Positions 1 to 9,000 of a DNA stretch of 64,000 nucleotides are shown piece after piece. This DNA is from Caldithrix abyssi DSM 13497 (GTDB lineage Bacteria > Electryoneota > AABM5-125-24 > Hatepunaeales > Hatepunaeaceae). The translations under genes and the position numbers were made by a program. The stretch lies in contig CAMBDS010000007.1 in the NCBI GenBank assembly GCA_945865405.1, forward strand, positions 1,683 through 65,682, read 5' to 3'. How positions within the stretch are numbered: the first letter of the stretch is position 1; each line of letters begins with the position of its first letter. The notes under the pieces are model-generated. The model did not search any database, was not told the origin of the DNA, and was given only the letters and a program-made list of their open reading frames with translations.

Positions 1-1
1 C

Positions 2-3000
2 ACTCTGAATGCTACCGGGTTGTTCGGCGGCGATTATGAAGCCGAACTTCACTTTCTCTCCAACGATCCTGCGAGTCCTAATCTTGTTCTGGATGTTTTC
101 CTGCAAGTGACCGCAGCTCCAATGATTGTCGTCGAATGGCCAGCTCAGGCAGGATTCCCGGTCATGAATTGGAACCGTGTCTATCCGACCCTTTTCAGTG
201 GCGGTCCTTACACAATTCCCGTCACGATCAAGAATGAAGGAACTGATTTCCTAGTCGTCGAAGACATTTTCTGTGACAATGATTACTTCTCTGCCAATCC
301 TTCTAACTTCGAGGTGGCACCTGACGAAGAAACCGTAGTCGATTTTATCGTTAATGCTGACGAGACAGGACTTCACCTCGGGACAATGACGATTATTTCG
401 AATGATCCTCATCATGGGGAATACGACATCGCCGTCCGAGCCCGTACTGCCGCACCACCTGAAATTGATATTGAACCCGCCTCGATACAGGACGAACTCT
501 TCACAGGCGGAAGTTCGGAGCAGTTTTTGACCGTAACCAATCGAGGTGCTGCGCGCTTGATCTGGGAGAGTGAGCTTGAAATCATCTCAGAGCCAGAGCG
601 CGATCAGGATGCACGCTCGCTACGGGGAATCGACGGCTCGGCCGGACCTCGCCGAGATAATCCGGGCGATATGCTTGGAACATTCAATTGGAACAGGTCT
701 CCCGCAGGAAACTACAAGGCGGGTATCGCTTGGAATCCCGAAAGTGAAATGATGATGTTGACCAGCTACGGTCAAAACTTCATCGGAATCGTCGATCCGG
801 CAAATGGCTATCAGCCTGTCAGAGAGTGGCAACCACCGAATAACCCGATGGGCGCCGCCTGCCTCGAAGGTACCTTTTATGTGGTTGGCTGGAATGGCGG
901 GAATCAGTTCCTCTTCCGTTGGGACATAAACGGGAACAATCTCGGCAACTTCAACACACCCGGCATCGTCCCGACTTCGGTTGCGGCAAGCGCCGACCTC
1001 GAAGTACTTATTGTCGGTGATGGCAACAACAACCGCGACATCTTCGTCTATGACCTTGATGGCGAGCGAGTCGGAACCATCGACCGCGGCAACTATCAGC
1101 AATATACGAACGGCCAATGGCAGCGCAGCATCTGCTGGGTTGACAAGCACCCGGAAGGTCAGCTCTGGATGAACACCCCCGGGCGCTCGTGGCAGTTGTC
1201 CGTCGATACAAATAACTGGGATGTCACTGCAGCCGTCCAAAACCTCTCCAATGGTGGAGGTCAAGACGAATGGGACGGTATCGGTCATGACGGTCACAAC
1301 CTCATTATCGGTCGCACCAACGGGCAAACCTATGAGATCATGGACGACGGCATCACCGAAATGTTCTGGTTCATGTGGGATCCTCAGGAAGGTCAGCTTA
1401 GCGCTGGCAGTAGTCAGGAGATCGTCGTCGGTCTGAACGGCGCAGGATTGTTTGAAGGCTTATATGAAGCCGACCTGCATTTCCTCTCCAACGATCCATC
1501 CCGCCCCGATCACGTAGTCAATATTCAGCTTGACGTCACCGGTGCCAGCGATATAGAGGTAGAATGGTCAGATGACTTCGGGTTCCCGCAAGTCATTGAC
1601 TGGAACCGTGCGTATGAAGACTTCTACAGTGGTGGTCCTTACGATATGATGATTGAAGTATCCAACGGTGGTACCGCCGTCCTTGCTGTTGACGGCATTG
1701 ATTTCGACCATCAGTTCTTCTCAGTTGCACCTGAAAACTTCGTTCTCGATCCGGAAGAAACACGAGAATTGGTTGTAACGTTCAACGCCCCTGCCAACAG
1801 ACCGGGGAACTACAACCAAATGATGACCATTTTCTCAGATGATCCGGATGAGCCTGAGTTTGAAATCGCCCTGCATGCCAATGCGAGTCTGCCGCCGATA
1901 CTCGTAGTTGATCCAGATTTCATTGAAGACGCTCTTCATACCGACGAAATTAGTGAGCATATCCTCTCAGTATCCAATGATGGAGCCGCTCAGTTGCGCT
2001 TCATAATTGAGCACGAAATCACCGCTGAGCCGGAACGGGATCGCAGCTCACGTACCTTGCGTACGGTCGATGGCGGTGCTGGCCCGAACAGGGATAACCC
2101 CGGCGACCTAATTCGTCGTGTCAATGTCGGCATCAATACATTTGGTGGTATGGGTTACGATGAAGAGGAAGGATTGGTCTGGGGTAGCTCCTACGGCAAT
2201 AACCGCATTATCGCCGTCGATCCGAGCAACGATCAGGTCGTGAAGAATTTTGCCGGTCCGGGCGGACCACTCTCAATGGCTTTTGTCAACGGGAATATCT
2301 GGACAACCCAATGGGCAGGAAGCCAGATCTTCGTCTATAACCGAGACGGTCAGAACATCGAGACGTTCAACCTGAACTTTGGTGCGTTTGGCGGTATGGG
2401 TACCAGCATGGAACTCGGTTGTGTCATGATCAACAGTATCAACGATCGCCGTATCCATGTGATCAATATCGAAAATCATCAGGAAGTTGCCAGCTTTGAT
2501 GCTCGCAACGCCTGGCAAGGTGCCGATGTGTACGGTATCGATTGGGTCGATGCCCACCCCGATGGTCAGCTTTGGGGATGTGGCAATGGTCGCCTCTGGC
2601 AGGTTCACGTCGATGAGAACTGGAACTGTCAGGCAGTGCAGAATTTTGCAATCGAAGCCGACGTCCAGCACGCCGAAATGTGCAACGACGGCGAGAACAT
2701 GTGGCATGTCGGTCGTTGGGGCGAACAACAATGGCGCCTCTATGATGACGGCGTCAAGGAAATGCGCTGGCTCAGCTACGAACCGAATGAAGGTACTCTC
2801 GACCAGAATGAAGAGCAGGAGATCCTCGTTACTCTTGATGCGACAGGTCTTATTGGCGGCGACTATGAAGCCGATCTGCATTTCCTTTCGAATGATCCGG
2901 CTCGGCCCGACTTTGTCCTGAATGTCTTCCTCGCAGTGACCGGTGCTCCAGTTGCTGAAGTCGTCTGGAGTGAAGCTGCAGGGTTCCCCAACGTGATTGA

Positions 3001-6000
3001 CTTTAATGGTGTCTTCAACCAACTCTACTCTGGCGGTCCATACCGTATTCCGGTGACTGTTAAGAACGAAGGTACCGAAGTTCTGAACGTCGATGACATC
3101 TCGTGTGATAACGAATATTTCACCGCCGAGCCTTCGAACTTCGTCGTTGAAGTCGGCGAGAGTGTCGTTACCCAATTCATTCTGAACGCTGATGAAGATG
3201 GAATGCATGAAGGGACGATGACGATCTTCTCCGACGACCCGCAACGAGATGAAATCAACATTCCGGTTACCGGACGTACGTCCGCACCACCAATCATGGT
3301 GATTGATCCGGGCTTCATCGACGAAGATTTGTTCACTGGAGCCGTTGATGAACACGTCATCAATATCTCGAACGAAGGTGTCGCAGAGCTTCAGTGGGAG
3401 ACCGATCTCGTAATTATTCGCGAACCCGGTCGTGACGAGAATGCCCGCAGCCTTCGTTCCGTTGACGGTCAAAAAGGCCCAAACCGTGACAACGCCGGCG
3501 ACCTTATCCGCAGGATCAACGTACCTTGGAATACTAATAGCGGTATGGCTTTCGATGGCGAGCTGATGTGGGGCTGTGACTACGGTAACGCCCGACTGAT
3601 CGCGGTTGACCCCGAAAACGATCAGATCGTGGCGAATATCGCTTACGGAGTCAACTCGATGGGGCTGGCTTGGGATGGCGAAAAGCTTTGGGTATCCCCA
3701 TGGGCTGGTAATCAGGTATTTACCTTTGACCAAAACGGACAGCGCCTCGGAACCTACAACTTCAACTTCGGTGCACTTGGCGGTATGGGTTCCGATCTTG
3801 AGGAGGGATACATCTACATCAATTGCATCAACGACCGTCGTATCCATGTCATCAGCGTCGACAACCAACAGGAGGTCGCCAGCTTCGACCCTCGTGGCGC
3901 ATGGCAGAATGCCGACGTATATGGTATCGAATGGGTGACCGATCATCCTGACGGTCAGCTTTGGGGTCACTCCCCTGGGCGTCTCTGGCAGGTTTTTGTT
4001 GATGAAAACTGGAATTGCGCGCCGGTTCAGAATTTCGCAGTGGAGAGCAACGGAGCTCCTCACATTGAAATGGCGAACGACGGTGAGAACATGTGGGTTG
4101 GTGGTAACTGGGGCGAGCAGGCGTGGCGGATTTATGATGATGGCGTGACCGAAATGCGCTGGATTCGCTTTGATCCTACCGAAGGCACAGTAGGCCAAAA
4201 TGCAGATTCCGACGTCTTCATCACTCTTAATGCAACCGGTCTTATCGAAGGTGATTACGAAGCCGACTTACATTTCCTCTCGAACGATCCAGCCAATCCC
4301 GATCAGGCGTTCAACGTCCTTGTTCATGTGACTCCTGCTAGTGATGTGATGGTGGAGTGGTCGGAAGACTACGGCTTCCCCAATAACCTCGATTGGAACG
4401 CGGCTTACGACGACCTCTTCAGTGGTGGCCCGTATGAGATGGTGATCGAAGTCTCCAACAACGGCGTAGAAAATCTCAATGTCAGCGACATCACTTCGGA
4501 TCACGAATACTTCCGTGCAAATCCAACCGAATTCGAGCTTGCACCAGAGCAGTCACGTCAGGTGACCGTTATCTTCGATGCAGCAGCAAACGATCCGGGT
4601 GACTACAATCAAACCCTAACAATCTCTTCCGATGACCCGGATGAAGGTGACTTCGAGATTGCCCTGCATGCCGACGCCAGCTTGCCGCCGGTGATGATTA
4701 TCGATCCTGACCAGATTGAGGATCGTCTCGTCACTGATGAGGTGTCGGAGCATATAATCAACGTTAGCAACGATGGCGACGCTCCGTTGAATTTCGTCAT
4801 CGAAAAAGAGATTATCTCAGAGCCTGAGCGAGATGCGGACTTCCGCCAATTGCGTGGAGTCGACGGCACGGCCGGTCCGTTGCGAGACAACGCCGGTGAT
4901 GAATTGGGTTCATTCGTCTGGGAAGGTGGCGAAGGTCAGAACCAGCACAAGGCTGGTATCGCATACGACTTCGACAACGACCTCCTTTTTGTAACGGGTT
5001 ATGATCGCAATATCTTCGCTATCCTTGACCCTAATGACAACTACCGTGTTGTTCGTCAGTGGAATAACCCCGGTGACGGCAACCCGATGGATGCCGCCTG
5101 GCTGAATGGCGTATTTTACGACATCCAGTTGTGGAACGAAAGGATCTTCCGCTGGGACCTGAACGGCAACCGGCTCAATCCCATCAACACGGCTGGCCGG
5201 CAGGTTCGTGCCATCGCGGCAAGTCAGGAATTGGAAGTCCTATTCTATCTCTACAATCAAGACGTTAGTCGCCTGGTGGTTGCCGATCCGAATAACGGGA
5301 ATGAAATTGCTGTCGTTGACAACTACCGCCAGTATGCGGACAACCGCGACTGTTTCAGTATCCTTTGGGTAGATAAGCATCCGGAAGGTCAACTCTGGCT
5401 GAACGGTTGGGATGCCGGGATTTATCAAATTGCGATTGATACCGACAACTGGCGGGCAACCGGCAGATCAGCTCAATTCCAGATCCCGAATCGTCAGAAT
5501 CCGCAGCCATGGACTGGTATCGGTTTCGATGGCCATAACCTCATTATCGGTGATTACGGCCATGCTCAGTACCAGATCGTTGATGATGGAATCACAGAGG
5601 TTTATTGGCTGAGCTTCGATCCTTCTGAAGGCACTGTTGAAGGCGATTCCGATATGGATATCGACGTGACACTCGACGCCAGTAGCCTGAACGAAGGCGA
5701 TTACATCGCCGACCTTCACTTCCTGTCGAACGATCCGGCTCATCGCGACGAAGCTGTTCGTATAGTGCTGCATGTTACGGGCATACCGATGATCGTGGTT
5801 GAGTGGGATGGCGATATTGGCTTCCCTGACATGATCAACTGGAATGCCGCCTATCCGCAACTCTATACAGGCGGCCCGTACCGCGTTCCAGTAACCGTTA
5901 TCAACGAAGGAACCGCGACCCTGGAGGTCAATGATATCACCTGCGATGATCAAACATTCTCAGCTGATCCTGCCAACTTTGAGGTTGCACCGGGAGAAGA

Positions 6001-9000
6001 GATGGTTATCGATTTCATTCTTGACGCCGACGCAGATGGCCTGCATGAGTCAAGGATGACTATCGCCTCAAACGATCCGGATGGCGATGTCGATATCGCA
6101 GTACGAGGTCGAACTTCTGCTTCGCCAATCATGGAGATCGATCCATTGGAAGTAGGCGCCGACTTGAACACTGGCGATATTACCGAGCGGACAATCAATA
6201 TCTCCAACACTGGCGCAGCTCGTCTGCGTTGGAGTTCCGAGCTTGAAATTGTTCAGGAGCCAGATCGCGACGTGGAGTCTCGCGCTCTTCGCAGTGTCGA
6301 TGGTGCAGTAGGTCCTCAGCGTGACAACCTCGGCGAGGTGCTGGCTCAGTTCTCCTGGAACCGTGCCCAACAAGGGCAATACAAGGCAGGTATGGCATGG
6401 GATCCCGAGAACGAGCTAATGATGCTAACCTGCTACAGTACTAACTTTATGGCTGTTGTGAACCCCGCAAACAACTACGAGGTTGTTCGCGAATGGCAGC
6501 CGCCCAACAATCCGATGGGTGCAGCATGGATGGACGGTATTTCCTATGTGATTGGTTGGACAGGAGGGAATGCGTTCCTCTTCCGTTGGGATGTCGAAGG
6601 TAACAACCTCGGTAATTTTAACACCCCCGGAATCATTCCGACTTCAGTAGCAACAAGCCCCGACCTTGAAGTCATCATCGTTGGTGATGGCAATAATGAC
6701 CGCGACATCCATGTTTACAATACCGATGAAGAACGTATCGCAACCATTCGTCGTGGCAACTACCAGCAGTACACCGGTGGTCAGTGGCAGCGTAGCCTCT
6801 GCTGGGTCGATAAGCATCCCGAAGGCCAGCTCTGGATCAACACTCCGGGACGCGCATGGCAGGTTGAGGTCGATACTGACAACTGGGAGGTTACGCGAAC
6901 GGTACAACAGTTTGGTAACAACGGCGATCAGGAATGGGACGGTATCGGTCACGATGGTGATAACCTCTGGATCGGTCGCTACAACTCACCACAGTACCAG
7001 ATTGTTGACGACGGCGTCGAAGAATTGTACTGGGTCAGATGGGAGCCGGAATTGGGTGAAGTTGCAGCCGGTAGCGATGTCGATGTCGTTGTCACGCTGA
7101 ACGCAACCGACCTGAACGGTGGCATCTACGAAGGTAACATTCACTTCCTCTCGAACGACCCGTCGCACTGGGATGTCGCAGTCAATGTCCTGATCAACGT
7201 CACCGGAGCCCCGGCCGTTGAGACCGACCCGATTGCCATGCCGATGATCGATGCTCCAGACGAGCTTTCGTTTGAATCGACTTATGTCGGTGGAACGCGA
7301 GCTATTTCGGTGACGATTTCCAACACTGGAACAGAAGATCTGGTAATCGAACGGATAACCTCATCGAATGCTGATGAGTTTACTACAGATGCTGACGACG
7401 GACTCTCGATCAACCCTGACGACGAAGCGGTTGTTAACCTTCTCTTCCACCCGACTGATATCGACGACCGTGAAGGTACGATTACTTTCTTCTCGAACGC
7501 CATGAATGTCGGAGAAGGCGATGAAGCCGGGCAATTCTGGTTCGATCTCGTAGGCGTAGGTCAGACCCCACCCGACATTTCGACCGAGCCAGCCAATGAC
7601 GGCTGGATTCGTGTTGGTCTTGAGGTTGGTGATGACCCTGTCGAGCGTGAACTTGTCATCAGTAACGATGCCGGTCAGGGTGGCGACGATCTCGATTGGG
7701 AGATTGTTGTCGAAGAGGTTGAGCAAGAGCGTGACGGCGCAAACCGCAATCTGCGCAGCGTTAACGGCAGTGCTGCTGGTCCGCGCCGTGACCCACCCGA
7801 ATCGCGCTTCGCCATGTTCAAAGATGGTGGTGGCTGGCATGATGGCATGGAAAACATCTTCCAGGAGGAAGGCGTTCAGATCAGGCAGTACAACAGCGGC
7901 TCATTCCGGAACGCACCACTTGATGACTACGAAGTGATCTGGATTCGTGAGTATCAGTCCGACCAGTTCAATAACGAATGGAACAACAACCGCGCCCGCT
8001 TCGAGGAGTGGGTTGATGGCGGTGGTGTGCTGTATCAGGGCACCGGTACGAACAACTGGGCTGTCGTGCCAATCCATGTCGGTGGCTTGCGCCGTCTGCA
8101 GGAAGGTTTCGGCAACGGTACTGTTGTTGGTACAAACGATCTTGATGCTGATAACTACAACTATCTCTGCGAACTGGCAGGATGGCGTGGTGGTGAAAAC
8201 CTGCCCGGCAACTCGTGGTCCCATTCCAGCTATGACCGCAATGCATTTGCCAATATCGACGGTAGCGACTGGTGGCAGGCTATCGCCATCGGTGCCGGTC
8301 GTAATGATCGCCCGGCTGTCGCAGTTTACAACTACGGTCGCGGGTTCTGCATGGTGACAGGCACCACAGACTCCCATCAGTACGGTAACTGGCGTCAGCA
8401 AGGCATGTGGGGATGGGCTTTGAACAAGGTTGTCTGGTATCTTGACTTCCTTGCCAATCAGGGTCCCTCATGGCTTGAGGTCGATCCCGAAGACGGGTCA
8501 CTCGGGCTTGGCGAGGAGACGACAGTCACTCTGACCTTCGACTCCGAACGTCTGGAACCTGATACAGACTATTTTGCCAATCTCATGATCGAGTCGAACG
8601 ATCCTGACCAACCGACGATATTGATCAACGTCCTTCTCCGCACCGGTTCTATCGGCCCTGTCCATTTCGTGGGCTACGACGAAACTGATGTGAACCACAG
8701 CTTATTGGTTACTAATGTCTCATTCGACGGTGAGCAAGTACCTGCTGGCTGGGAAGTCGGAGCCTTCACCCCCGCTGGTGTACTTGCAGGAAGCAGCGTT
8801 TGGGAAGGTGCTGACATGGGTCTGGCGGTCTGGGGCGCTGGTGGTGATCATGATGATTACTTCCGCGACGGCGAAACAGTGAGCCTTCGTATTTGGGATA
8901 ACTCAGCCGATGTTGAGTGGGCTGGTACGGCACGCGTCGAAGAAGGTAGCATGGTTTGGCAGCCAAACGGCTTCACCGCTTTGGCAGTTGAAGGCTTTAG

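Noticed and set aside
2273-4198. A 641-aa ORF on the minus strand, plus other long antisense ORFs at 620-1327, 5468-5953, 7361-7840 and 7901-8401, inside the giant gene
   Set aside because: They lie entirely antisense to a gene with strong repeat and domain structure and a T9SS CTD. Their translations are low-complexity with no motifs. They are shadow ORFs caused by codon bias.
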